This document shows, piece after piece, positions 34,826 to 43,338 of a stretch of 64,000 nucleotides of DNA. Source of the DNA: a virus (taxonomy: Duplodnaviria; Heunggongvirae; Uroviricota; Caudoviricetes); IMG/VR virus record IMGVR_UViG_3300017989_000052. One strand, given 5' to 3'. The notes beneath the pieces were generated by a model. That model did no database searches, was not told where the DNA came from, and worked only from the letters and a program-made list of their open reading frames with translations. The translations under genes were made by a program, and so were the position numbers. The first letter of the stretch is position 1, and each line of letters begins with the position of its first letter.

Positions 34826-35913
34826 TGGAACTGAAACAAGACATCCCAACTATTTCCGAGTTCCTGGCAAAGAAGCTTTACGAGAGTAAGGACTCACAAA
34901 TTGTAATGGACGAAGGAGGCCGCTATTGGGTATTTGCCGATAAAAAGTTTTACGATACCGCGAACGATTATACGAGCCATGAAGCTGGAGAGGCGGCGGT
35001 ATTCGAAGAGTTTGATGACTATACCGATAATTGTTTCCCAGCCGCGATTTTAATAAAGAAAGGCAATAAACCGCTAATTATTTTGAACGGGGACGAGGAT
35101 TTAATCGGTTATGTCCAGTTGGATTTGTTCGAGATGAAAGCCCCCACAATTAGTTTTAGCTGTTTCTCAAGAATCTTTAATACGGAAGACCCGACCCCAG
35201 AAGATATTAAAGGGGCAGTTGGTGACCTTATCAATGGCAAATTTAAGATAGTTGACTTTACAGAAGACCGAGAAGTCGCACTTACGAAAGAAGAGAAGAG
35301 ACAAGTTTCTAATTTTAAGAGAACTTTAGAATGGAAAAATAGAGGCTGGGAGGTTGATGGGTGTGCCGTTATTCAAAGAAAACTCTCGCCTCCCGATAAA
35401 ACCTTTACATTAATTAAGGGTTCCCGCGATATTCTCACATGGCATGCTCCTGCCACAATTCTACTTAAGGAAGTAGCAACCGACAAGCATTATATCTTTG
35501 GACAAGACGAAGGAACTTATTTCGGGTGTGAACTGGCAACGAAACCAAGAAACGTGAAGCAAGCCTTCGACCAATTAATCCCAGCTGAAATCCGCAAGGT
35601 AGAGGGGGTTATTCGTCAAGGGGAATGGTTTGCTGTTCCTGTCCCCGTAGATAAACTTCCTGGGGAACACAAAGCAATTGTGACACTAGACCAAGACTGC
35701 GACGATCAAGTAACTCTTCCAAAGGATGACCCAGATTCAAACCCACATCTGCTCCTCTGCGACGAAGGGTATGTCGCTCCTGAAGGAATTTTTGTGAAAA
35801 ACTTTACCCTACAACACTCCGAACATGCTTCGCTGTGTGGGAAGGAAAATACCTGGTATACCTTTAAGAAGAATACGGCAGTAAGAAGCTTCAGTCAAGA
35901 TGGGGTTGACTAA
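34825..35913 (+). CDS. uncharacterised protein (RQGEW motif)
   Basis: 362 aa, AAGGAG RBS; IRQGEWFAVP, SNPH, HSEH suggest a metal-binding C-terminal domain. Confidence 0.65.
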   Translation: MELKQDIPTISEFLAKKLYESKDSQIVMDEGGRYWVFADKKFYDTANDYTSHEAGEAAVFEEFDDYTDNCFPAAILIKKGNKPLIILNGDEDLIGYVQLDLFEMKAPTISFSCFSRIFNTEDPTPEDIKGAVGDLINGKFKIVDFTEDREVALTKEEKRQVSNFKRTLEWKNRGWEVDGCAVIQRKLSPPDKTFTLIKGSRDILTWHAPATILLKEVATDKHYIFGQDEGTYFGCELATKPRNVKQAFDQLIPAEIRKVEGVIRQGEWFAVPVPVDKLPGEHKAIVTLDQDCDDQVTLPKDDPDSNPHLLLCDEGYVAPEGIFVKNFTLQHSEHASLCGKENTWYTFKKNTAVRSFSQDGVD

Positions 35914-36575
35914 TGTCGAACTATAATTACGTAGTACCCAAGTGCGGAGAACTCCCTCCCCAAGAAGAGCTTAATGCTTTAATTAGGAAGATAGTTATAA
36001 GTCGGTTGCCCTGCTGGGGTCTTTCTACCGTTAAGGACTTAAATCGTTTCTTCGCTTGCTACAGCATCCAACATAAAACTTGGGAAACCGATCCCGAAGG
36101 GATAATTCTTTTCTGGGAAGACTCCTACCGCACTCCCGAATTTGAGGGTAGCAAGTTTAACTATCTTAAACATATTGTGGGGAAAAGAGTCCCATGCCTT
36201 GTTTTTGATCGGGGACCTGTAAGCCCATTCACCCGATTCATTAATAATGAAATACGGAAAAGGGTATGCCTTGAAATTGAAGCGTTTGATGTAGCAGACA
36301 CAGTTGATCTCTATCCCATAGAAAAGGAATTTAAGTTCTACGAAACCTTCTGGGACCAAGAAAAAACATATATTAGTAGCGAAAACCCACTCGAGATCAG
36401 TGGTCCCCTAATGAATAAATTGACCTGGGTATTAGAATCAATCGGAGAAGCACCCCAGGACATTTATAATCTTTTAGGGTTGCCCGATGGTATTCTTTAT
36501 CCTTTTCTGACCTCGGCAAGCCAAGAAGCAAGGAAAGCAGCAAAGAAAGCCCTAGAAAAAAGTGAAAATCCGTAA
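35913..36575 (+). CDS. hypothetical protein with C-terminal tag
   Basis: FLTSASQEARKAAK. Confidence 0.6.
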   Translation: MSNYNYVVPKCGELPPQEELNALIRKIVISRLPCWGLSTVKDLNRFFACYSIQHKTWETDPEGIILFWEDSYRTPEFEGSKFNYLKHIVGKRVPCLVFDRGPVSPFTRFINNEIRKRVCLEIEAFDVADTVDLYPIEKEFKFYETFWDQEKTYISSENPLEISGPLMNKLTWVLESIGEAPQDIYNLLGLPDGILYPFLTSASQEARKAAKKALEKSENP

Positions 36576-36637
36576 GTTTTGTAGAGTAATAATCCATTAA
36601 TCTAAGTATAAGGGACATATTGTTTGTTGAGTGGAAC

Positions 36638-36708
36638 GGCCCTATCGTCTAGTGGAAGGACACAAGATTTTCATTCTTGTAGCGGGAGTTCAATTCTCCC
36701 TAGGGTCA
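36638..36708 (+). tRNA. tRNA-Glu(UUC)
   Basis: ggcccta/tagggtc, caaga-TTTTCAT-tcttg. Confidence 0.9.
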
Positions 36709-36715
36709 TTTATGA

Positions 36716-36788
36716 GGTCCCATCGTCTAGTGGCCAAGGATACCAGACTGTCGATCTGGTGACACGGGTTCAAGTCCCGTTGGGACCG
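36716..36788 (+). tRNA. tRNA-Asp(GUC)
   Basis: ggtccca/tgggacc, ccaga-CTGTCGA-tctgg, G73. Confidence 0.93.
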
Positions 36789-36793
36789 TCGTT

Positions 36794-36865
36794 AAGGGGA
36801 TAGTGTAATTGGTAACACAGGAGACTTTGACTCTCCTATTCTGGGTTCAAGTCCCAGTCCCCTTG
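36794..36865 (+). tRNA. tRNA-Gln(UUG)
   Basis: aagggga/tcccctt, ggaga-CTTTGAC-tctcc, G73. Confidence 0.9.
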
Positions 36866-36926
36866 TCGCTTCTCAAGCCACCAAAATACTTTGGTGGTTG
36901 TTTCATGTTCCATCTGGAGAAAACCA

Positions 36927-38135
36927 ATGCGCGTACTTTTAGTTGGTGGTACGTTTGATAGTAATGGCGGGAGGGATTCTTCCATTATTGAGAAGCTTGC
37001 TAATGGGGTTATGCAGGAGCTAAGTCTCAAGCAAACGGGCTATTCCGAAGTTCCAGAAAACGGGGAAGAAACCGACAAGTTTTTACTTATCAATGGGGGG
37101 TTTCTCGACTATATTAGTAAGGTATTGGTTCAACCCCACCCTCTATCCCAGTTTGACGCCATTCTTTGGTTTGCGAATATTCTAGATAATAGCCTTCCTA
37201 AAATTGTTGAAGATATCAAAAAGATTAATCCAAAAATTCTCCTCGTGACTTCAAAAAGATGTGTTGAGAAGGATTATAACCGCGCCGATGTTATTTCTCA
37301 TGCCCTCAAAATTAAAAGCAACTTAATTCTTGAGATTCGGCGGGGAGGAACTCAATATAAAGGAGTTCTTCTAGACCCGCTTGGGAATACCTTTAAGCTA
37401 AAAGAATTAGCGGGAGAGGACTTTATTAACGACTCCTATGATTTTGAGCCTATCGGCAAAATAATTATCAGAAGACTTCGCGAGCTAGCAAAGTTCTCTC
37501 GTGTTGGGAGTAAACAGGTATCCCCAGAACCAATTGTTGCTGAAGGGGACCCGCTGTTCTTCGAAACTATAAAAAGTTCTGCCGATTTATTTGACTCTCT
37601 TCTTCCAACCCCAAAACATGTTGAGAGATTTTTAGGGAACGCTTCCTTCCGGTGTGGTAAGGGTTTTCCCTCTTTCCGAAAAGATAATCTAATCTTTGTT
37701 TCTCGAAGAAATATTGATAAGAAATACATCGGACCAGAAGGTTTTGTTGCTGTAGATCCTGATGCTTTTCCAGTACATTATTATGGTGAAAATAAACCGT
37801 CGGTGGATACTCCGATACAATTAATGCTTTATAACTACTATAAAAATGTAAACTACATGCTTCATGGGCATGTTCGGGTTGGGGCAGGAATCGGGTTAGG
37901 GTTAAAGGATAGAGAAAAAATCAAGGAGACTGGACACCCTATCCCGTGTGGAGCCATTGAGGAAGCAGCAGCGATTATTAGGACAGAACCAGATTTCACT
38001 AAAACTAATTTTATAGTTAATCTTAGTGGGCATGGTTTTATTGCACTTGCTAAGGAGCCTAACTTCCTCCATCGGATTTTAAGTGGGGGCCCTGGTATTT
38101 ATGGGGAGCGAGAAGATGAAACTTGGGAGGTTTAA
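36927..38135 (+). CDS. class II aldolase/adducin-domain protein with N-terminal extra domain
   Basis: C-terminal GNASFR, FVSRRN, KPSVDTPIQ, MLHGH, GHGFI. Confidence 0.7.
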   Translation: MRVLLVGGTFDSNGGRDSSIIEKLANGVMQELSLKQTGYSEVPENGEETDKFLLINGGFLDYISKVLVQPHPLSQFDAILWFANILDNSLPKIVEDIKKINPKILLVTSKRCVEKDYNRADVISHALKIKSNLILEIRRGGTQYKGVLLDPLGNTFKLKELAGEDFINDSYDFEPIGKIIIRRLRELAKFSRVGSKQVSPEPIVAEGDPLFFETIKSSADLFDSLLPTPKHVERFLGNASFRCGKGFPSFRKDNLIFVSRRNIDKKYIGPEGFVAVDPDAFPVHYYGENKPSVDTPIQLMLYNYYKNVNYMLHGHVRVGAGIGLGLKDREKIKETGHPIPCGAIEEAAAIIRTEPDFTKTNFIVNLSGHGFIALAKEPNFLHRILSGGPGIYGEREDETWEV

Positions 38136-38468
38136 ATGCCACTCGTTAGGATTGAAACTCTACTCACACACAAAAACCAAGCGGTGCGAAACTTGACCCA
38201 GAAGCTACTAAAGTTAACTCTAGATAATGAAGCATTGGTAGAAGAAACGTATTATAGTGACAAGTATCCTCTGGTCACTTTTTTCTGTATAAAAGATCCT
38301 CTCTTCAGCTATAGCATTCGCTTCATGCGCCATGCTCTGTATCTAGAGATCTTTGATCATAATAGGTACACACGCCCTAAAGGTTTCAAGGGGATCGGCG
38401 TAAAACTTAACGAAGGCGAAAAGATTATAGAAGCTCTTCTGGGCTTCACTCCGGTTGAAAGAAAATGA
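38136..38468 (+). CDS. hypothetical protein with N-terminal tag
   Basis: ETLLTHKNQAVRNLTQ. Confidence 0.6.
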   Translation: MPLVRIETLLTHKNQAVRNLTQKLLKLTLDNEALVEETYYSDKYPLVTFFCIKDPLFSYSIRFMRHALYLEIFDHNRYTRPKGFKGIGVKLNEGEKIIEALLGFTPVERK

Positions 38469-38908
38469 AGTATTCAGTAAACTATCTCAAGAATCGTTTT
38501 AGCCAAGGCGAATTTATAATAATTTATACGGATCACTTCTCTTCTCGGCTTTTTTATGGGATTCTTGAAGGGATAAATCGAAAAGGGAAACGGCTTGGTT
38601 TTACGAAGTTTGAAAGAAACGGGGGAAATCTTAAAATCCGCATCGATTACCTTTTAATTGAGAAGATTAGGTTAATCGTATCAGCAGAGAAGCCAGAAGG
38701 GAGACATAAACAGGAGATTAAGGCTTTGGAAGACCTTTATAAAGAACTTCCTAGCCTTCTCACTTCACCTAGAATACCTACCCGAACCCTGGCTAAAAGG
38801 TGTAGAGTTTTACGAAAGATCTTTCAAGGGGAAGACTATGAAAAAGAAAAAGCAGCCCTGACAAATACGCTAAAGAAATACGATAATCTATTTTTTAAAA
38901 GGGTATAG
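38465..38908 (+). CDS. hypothetical protein with tag near C-terminus
   Basis: LLTSPRIPTRTLAK. Confidence 0.6.
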   Translation: MKYSVNYLKNRFSQGEFIIIYTDHFSSRLFYGILEGINRKGKRLGFTKFERNGGNLKIRIDYLLIEKIRLIVSAEKPEGRHKQEIKALEDLYKELPSLLTSPRIPTRTLAKRCRVLRKIFQGEDYEKEKAALTNTLKKYDNLFFKRV

Positions 38909-38921
38909 AAAGGTTAAGAAA

Positions 38922-39089
38922 ATGACTAAGAAAGAGGCTTTGAGCCAATTTAAGGAATTTCATATGCCAAACATTCCAAGCAACGATAAACCTGCACTTC
39001 GGCAGGCTTGGAATGATTACACAGACTATCTTTGTAAAGATAAACAAATTTCATTAAAACAATATGAAACTTGGGACAATCCCTTCTAA
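38922..39089 (+). CDS. small phage protein (55 aa)
   Basis: MTKKEALSQFKEFHMPNIPSNDKPALRQAWNDYTDYLCKDKQISLKQYETWDNPF; below the ORF-track cutoff. Confidence 0.65.
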   Translation: MTKKEALSQFKEFHMPNIPSNDKPALRQAWNDYTDYLCKDKQISLKQYETWDNPF

Positions 39090-39100
39090 CCTGTGTATAT

Positions 39101-39178
39101 TAGTTTAGGGTGATAACTAAAGTATTTGGCGTTGCAAACGCACGGGCGATCCCCAAATTCAGTTATCACCCAAATCTA
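39101..39178 (+). ncRNA. candidate branched structured RNA
   Basis: gggtgataact/agttatcaccc 11-bp closing stem, tttgg/ccaaa, and hairpins gcgtt-gca-aacgc and ggg-cgat-ccc; strand not established. Confidence 0.4.
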
Positions 39179-39189
39179 TTTTAAACTCC

Positions 39190-39218
39190 ATCGTTTATCT
39201 TTTAGCCTTCCCCATATA
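39190..39218 (+). promoter_or_regulatory. putative phage promoter (CGTT-N17-TATAT class)
   Basis: atcgtt-N17-catata upstream of the PARP operon. Confidence 0.55.
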
Positions 39219-39256
39219 TTTATAAATGCCAATACCCCAACCGTCAAGGGGCTTCA

Positions 39257-39682
39257 ATGGGTTTGCCTGGATACCTAGGAATGCAAAAGTATTACGAAAA
39301 CGAGGAAATAAAAAACTTGGGATATTCTTCCCGGACTATCTATACAGGCCCAGACTTTGTAATCTGGGAAGGCCGTGCAGCCCAAACGTTTGCGGACAGT
39401 TACTCTTTCGTAACTATTCGGGACGAGCGTTATGATTTCGAATATTATGGAGAAACACCGCTCTTGAGCCTAATCCGCGCTATTTTGGGGACAAAAGATG
39501 ATCGGCTAATTCTAAAGGGCTTAAACGCTCTTCTTATTAAAGCGTATTTAGAGTATTTCCTAAAACACCCGGAAGACTTTATAAAACATATGGAAATACT
39601 TCAAGGACAACATTTCGAAGAGGGTCGCCGCGCAAAACAAGTTGAATTCCTTAGCGTTCTCGGAATCCATGAGGAGGAATAG
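39257..39682 (+). CDS. hypothetical protein
   Basis: 141 aa ORF upstream of PARP. Confidence 0.55.
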   Translation: MGLPGYLGMQKYYENEEIKNLGYSSRTIYTGPDFVIWEGRAAQTFADSYSFVTIRDERYDFEYYGETPLLSLIRAILGTKDDRLILKGLNALLIKAYLEYFLKHPEDFIKHMEILQGQHFEEGRRAKQVEFLSVLGIHEEE

Positions 39683-39688
39683 TTAAAC

Positions 39689-41008
39689 ATGGCAACTGTC
39701 CTAAAACACCGTAGGTTCGTAAAAGTCGACACGAAGAGAAATAATAACAAGTATTGGTACATCACGCTTTATGATGATGGTACGGTCAAAACAGAATATG
39801 GCCGGGTGGGTTATAACGGACAAGTTTCTTCTGATGGCCCTTTTTCCCAGCCGGCAGCCGAGAGAAAATTCGAAAGCAAAATTAAATCAAAGTTAAGGGG
39901 GAAAAAGGACGGGGAAAAGGCATATACTGAAATCGATGTTTTAGAGGCGACTTCGGATACACCCAAAACGGCCAGCAAAGCAGTAGACCAAAAGAACTTA
40001 CGGCAACTGGCAGCAGAACAGATTGGGTCGGGGGATAAGGAAGTCACAAAGCTTGTGAGTTATCTCGTCAAGCAAAATATCCACACGATTGTGGAGAATA
40101 CGACAATTCAGTATAATGCTCAAACGGGCAACTTTTCAACGGCGTGTGGGACTGTTACTCTCGACACGATTGACGATGCTCGTAAGTTTTTGGAAAAGCT
40201 TGCGAAGCACGTTTCGAACAAAAGGTTTAAGGGTAAAATCGTTGAACGGAATTTAGAAAGCTATCTCACCTTAATCCCACAACACCTCGGAATGAAGGCA
40301 CCGGCGCTTGATCGGCTTTGCCCTGATCTCGATGCTGTGAAAAAGCAAAACCAACTATTGGATTCACTGGAAGCGGGTATTAGCGTTTTCAAACAATCCG
40401 CAACTCAGGATGAAGATAAAAAAGAAGACGATACACCAAAGGTTTGGGATGTGTCCCTCGCCCGAGTTGACGCTAAGAAAGAATTAGATCGCATCCGGCG
40501 GCTTTACCGGAAAACTGCTAAGTCCATGCACACCTCTTCTAGTTTGGATGTTAAGCGGGTATTTACTGTGCGGATTAAGCAAATGGCAGATGCCTTTGAA
40601 AAGAAAGGGAAAGCGATTGGAAATATTATGCAACTCTGGCATGGCACCCGGGTTGCCAATATTCTCTCAATCCTCGCAAAAGGCTTAATCATCCCACCCG
40701 CCCGATCTTCTCACTGCACAGGGAGGATGTTTGGGAATGGAGTTTATTTCTCGGACCAGTCAACAAAAGCGTTAAACTACTCTCACGGGTATTGGGGTGG
40801 GTTCAAGGACAACAATTGTTTTATGTTCCTTGCTGATGTCGCAATGGGTAAGACGTATACCCCACGTTCTTGGAGCGAACCTTTCCCGAAGGCTGGGCAC
40901 GACTCAACCTTTGCAAAGGCAAGCGTGAGTGGCGTGATGAACAATGAGATGATCGTCTACAAGCTTGCCCAATGTAACCTAGTTTACTTGGTTGAGTTTG
41001 GTAGCTAG
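39689..41008 (+). CDS. WGR-domain poly/mono(ADP-ribose) polymerase (PARP-like)
   Basis: N-terminal WGR-like KYWYITL...EYGRVG; catalytic LWHGT, GRMFGNGVYFSD, NNEMIVY (H-Y-E triad). Confidence 0.92.
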   Translation: MATVLKHRRFVKVDTKRNNNKYWYITLYDDGTVKTEYGRVGYNGQVSSDGPFSQPAAERKFESKIKSKLRGKKDGEKAYTEIDVLEATSDTPKTASKAVDQKNLRQLAAEQIGSGDKEVTKLVSYLVKQNIHTIVENTTIQYNAQTGNFSTACGTVTLDTIDDARKFLEKLAKHVSNKRFKGKIVERNLESYLTLIPQHLGMKAPALDRLCPDLDAVKKQNQLLDSLEAGISVFKQSATQDEDKKEDDTPKVWDVSLARVDAKKELDRIRRLYRKTAKSMHTSSSLDVKRVFTVRIKQMADAFEKKGKAIGNIMQLWHGTRVANILSILAKGLIIPPARSSHCTGRMFGNGVYFSDQSTKALNYSHGYWGGFKDNNCFMFLADVAMGKTYTPRSWSEPFPKAGHDSTFAKASVSGVMNNEMIVYKLAQCNLVYLVEFGS

Positions 41009-41018
41009 GGAAACTCCA

Positions 41019-41849
41019 ATGAAATGGACCGTTAAGAAAGTGGATCTTCCCGACGTCCTTGTTAAGGTAGAAAAAGAAGGGGAAAAATCCGAGGAGTGGA
41101 AGACAATCTTCGAACTACAAGTTGTCCACTCTAAAAGAGGGAAGTACGAACCAAAGGTAGGGGACGTTCTCCAATTCGGTCAAGCAGCAGCAGGGCTTGC
41201 GAGCTTCCTCCTTGACCTAGGAGACCCAAAGAAGCTGAGGCCAAAGATCAAGGTCCATTGGTCAATGCTTATTCTGCTTATCCCTTTAATTAGCACTTTA
41301 GCGACAAGCGGGATTCAAGCAGCTCTGACTCTACTGGGGCTCTGGGCCGCTCTCTATACTTTTGTAACGCTCCATGAGCTAGGGCATATGTTTGCTGCTT
41401 CTCGGCTAGGGTACCCAACGGGAAATATCTTACTAACCCCGATTGGTGGGCTAGCAATTGTTCAAATGGAGATGCCCCCAGCATCACATGAACTTATTGT
41501 TGCTTTAGCAGGCCCCCTTGTAAATGTTATTCTCGCAGGATTATTTGCGTTGGTTTGGTGGGCATTCCCAGTAGAAGTGGTGCTTACCTTATTAATGCTT
41601 AATATAATCCTCTTTGCTTTCAATATCTTTGTCTTTGCCTTTCCAATGGACGGGGGAAGAATCTTTAGGTCGATCTTGCGTTTCTGTGGCTTGGATTTTA
41701 GAAAGGCAACAAAAGTAGCGATCTACGTATCGTTTATATTGTTAGGGGGCCTTGGAATTCTTGGGGTCTTTATTGGGCACTTCTTTATGGTAATAATCGC
41801 CGTTTTTCTCAGTCTTCTAAATGTTAAGCAATTGAAAACGTTGGGGTAA
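41019..41849 (+). CDS. site-2 protease (M50 family)
   Basis: LHELGH, LTPIGG, LAGPLVN, FPMDGGRI; several TM helices. Confidence 0.9.
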   Translation: MKWTVKKVDLPDVLVKVEKEGEKSEEWKTIFELQVVHSKRGKYEPKVGDVLQFGQAAAGLASFLLDLGDPKKLRPKIKVHWSMLILLIPLISTLATSGIQAALTLLGLWAALYTFVTLHELGHMFAASRLGYPTGNILLTPIGGLAIVQMEMPPASHELIVALAGPLVNVILAGLFALVWWAFPVEVVLTLLMLNIILFAFNIFVFAFPMDGGRIFRSILRFCGLDFRKATKVAIYVSFILLGGLGILGVFIGHFFMVIIAVFLSLLNVKQLKTLG

Positions 41850-41909
41850 TATTCACACGATTTAGGGCTTGATTAAGCCATTTTTTAGGCACGTTTACGG
41901 AGAAAGTAC

Positions 41910-42272
41910 ATGCGGGGCTTGGTTAAATTCGGAACAGTATTCGCTTATGTCCTACTTCTTTTAGCAACCCAGATGTTTATGGTTGCAAAGGACAGCAGGC
42001 TATTGAATAGCCACGCACAACTAGAAGGAGCGTTAGAAACCATTGATGTAACTGGTCCCGGAAACTATTTTGTGCCCTACAAGGGTGATCCCATTATGGA
42101 TGTTTGGGGAAATCCAATTGATATTACCTATACAGCCACGAGCTACACGAATACCGTCTTTGTTTGTTCGGCGGGGCCAGACCAAGAAATGGGTACCGAG
42201 GACGACATTGTATACGGGCGGATGTATACTCTTACTGACATGATTCCTCTAACCCTAGCCTGGGCTAACTAA
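41910..42272 (+). CDS. pseudopilin GspG-like (T2SSG C-terminal domain) protein
   Basis: N-terminal TM; DVWGNPI...VCSAGPDQEMGTEDDI. Confidence 0.7.
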   Translation: MRGLVKFGTVFAYVLLLLATQMFMVAKDSRLLNSHAQLEGALETIDVTGPGNYFVPYKGDPIMDVWGNPIDITYTATSYTNTVFVCSAGPDQEMGTEDDIVYGRMYTLTDMIPLTLAWAN

Positions 42273-42291
42273 AACTGTTGAATCCCCCTAC

Positions 42292-42558
42292 ATGTCCTTT
42301 TGCCTAAGGAAATTGAAAATGCAAGAGTACGTCAACACTAATATTTCTAATCTAATTGGTTTCGTCCCAGAACCCGAGGAGTTCTGGACCAAAACAGAAA
42401 GAATTGAAAAGGCAGAAAAACAATTAATGGAAAAATTCGATGCTGAGAAAATCAGGCTAATGCCTCCTGGTTGCGCAATGACCTGCGATTTTTGGCCAAA
42501 CCGCCTTAACCTCGTTGTTGATACAGATGGCCTAATCATATCTATCGGTAAAGGTTAG
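42292..42558 (+). CDS. peptidase inhibitor I78-like protein
   Basis: IRLMPPGCAMTCDFWPNRLNLVVD.DG.I.SI..G. Confidence 0.75.
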   Translation: MSFCLRKLKMQEYVNTNISNLIGFVPEPEEFWTKTERIEKAEKQLMEKFDAEKIRLMPPGCAMTCDFWPNRLNLVVDTDGLIISIGKG

Positions 42559-42588
42559 TTCTAGTTTCCCCTTCCTTCCCCTAGGAGC

Positions 42589-43323
42589 TTGAAAATGAAT
42601 CTCGATTCACTAGTCCGTGCAGCAGTTAATCGGTTTGTCGACTTTGAGAAACCCTTCACCGCTTTCGATATTACTCGGAAGTTGCGGCATGACGGGCATA
42701 AAGTTCGTCATGGCGGCGTGAAGAAGGTTGTCCACGAAATCTTCCTTCAAGGAGATTTATCTGACGTGGGCTACGAGAGAGGGCTCATCTCCATTCCGAA
42801 TGTGAATGAACAACCTTTCTTGTACTATCCCTTTGACTTTGACATTGAAGACTACGAGTCTGAGTTCAATGATGAATTCATTGAAAACAGCAAGAAAGTT
42901 GAAGATGAGGACGAAGAGGAGGACGAGGATAACGGTAAAGCTAAGACAGCCCCAACAAAAAAATCTGCTCAAATCAAGAAACCAAAGAAACCCACTAAGA
43001 AAAATATAACCCTGCCTCCAGCAGTAAAAAGGAGAACCACTCAGGACTACCGCGTAACCATCCCAGCAAAGATCTTCCGAAAATGGGGGCTGAAACATAA
43101 GGATAAGATTTATGTCTCGGTGAATCAAAATAACCCAGTGCTGGGGCCTTGTCTGGAAATCACAGCACACCAACCTTCCTCAGCAAAAACTTTCCGAATT
43201 ACCAAACGCAATGACTGTAGGCTCCCTGGAAGTCTTCTCAAAGAAATTGCCGTAAATCATCCAGGCCAAGTTGAGATCCTCCCGAGCGTTACCACTTCTT
43301 CCCTTCTTATTACTTCTGCCTAA
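42589..43323 (+). CDS. putative DNA-binding protein with C-terminal AbrB/MraZ-like segments
   Basis: TTQDYRVTIPAKIFRKWGL and TKRNDCRLPGSLLKEI; acidic/basic linker. Confidence 0.5.
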   Translation: MKMNLDSLVRAAVNRFVDFEKPFTAFDITRKLRHDGHKVRHGGVKKVVHEIFLQGDLSDVGYERGLISIPNVNEQPFLYYPFDFDIEDYESEFNDEFIENSKKVEDEDEEEDEDNGKAKTAPTKKSAQIKKPKKPTKKNITLPPAVKRRTTQDYRVTIPAKIFRKWGLKHKDKIYVSVNQNNPVLGPCLEITAHQPSSAKTFRITKRNDCRLPGSLLKEIAVNHPGQVEILPSVTTSSLLITSA

Positions 43324-43338
43324 AAAGGAGAATCATCC

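Noticed and set aside
6869-36612. Second promoter class AGTATAA(G/A)G (near 6869, 20457, 27621, 36605)
   Set aside because: No consistent upstream element, few copies, and easily explained as generic AT-rich -10-like sequence.
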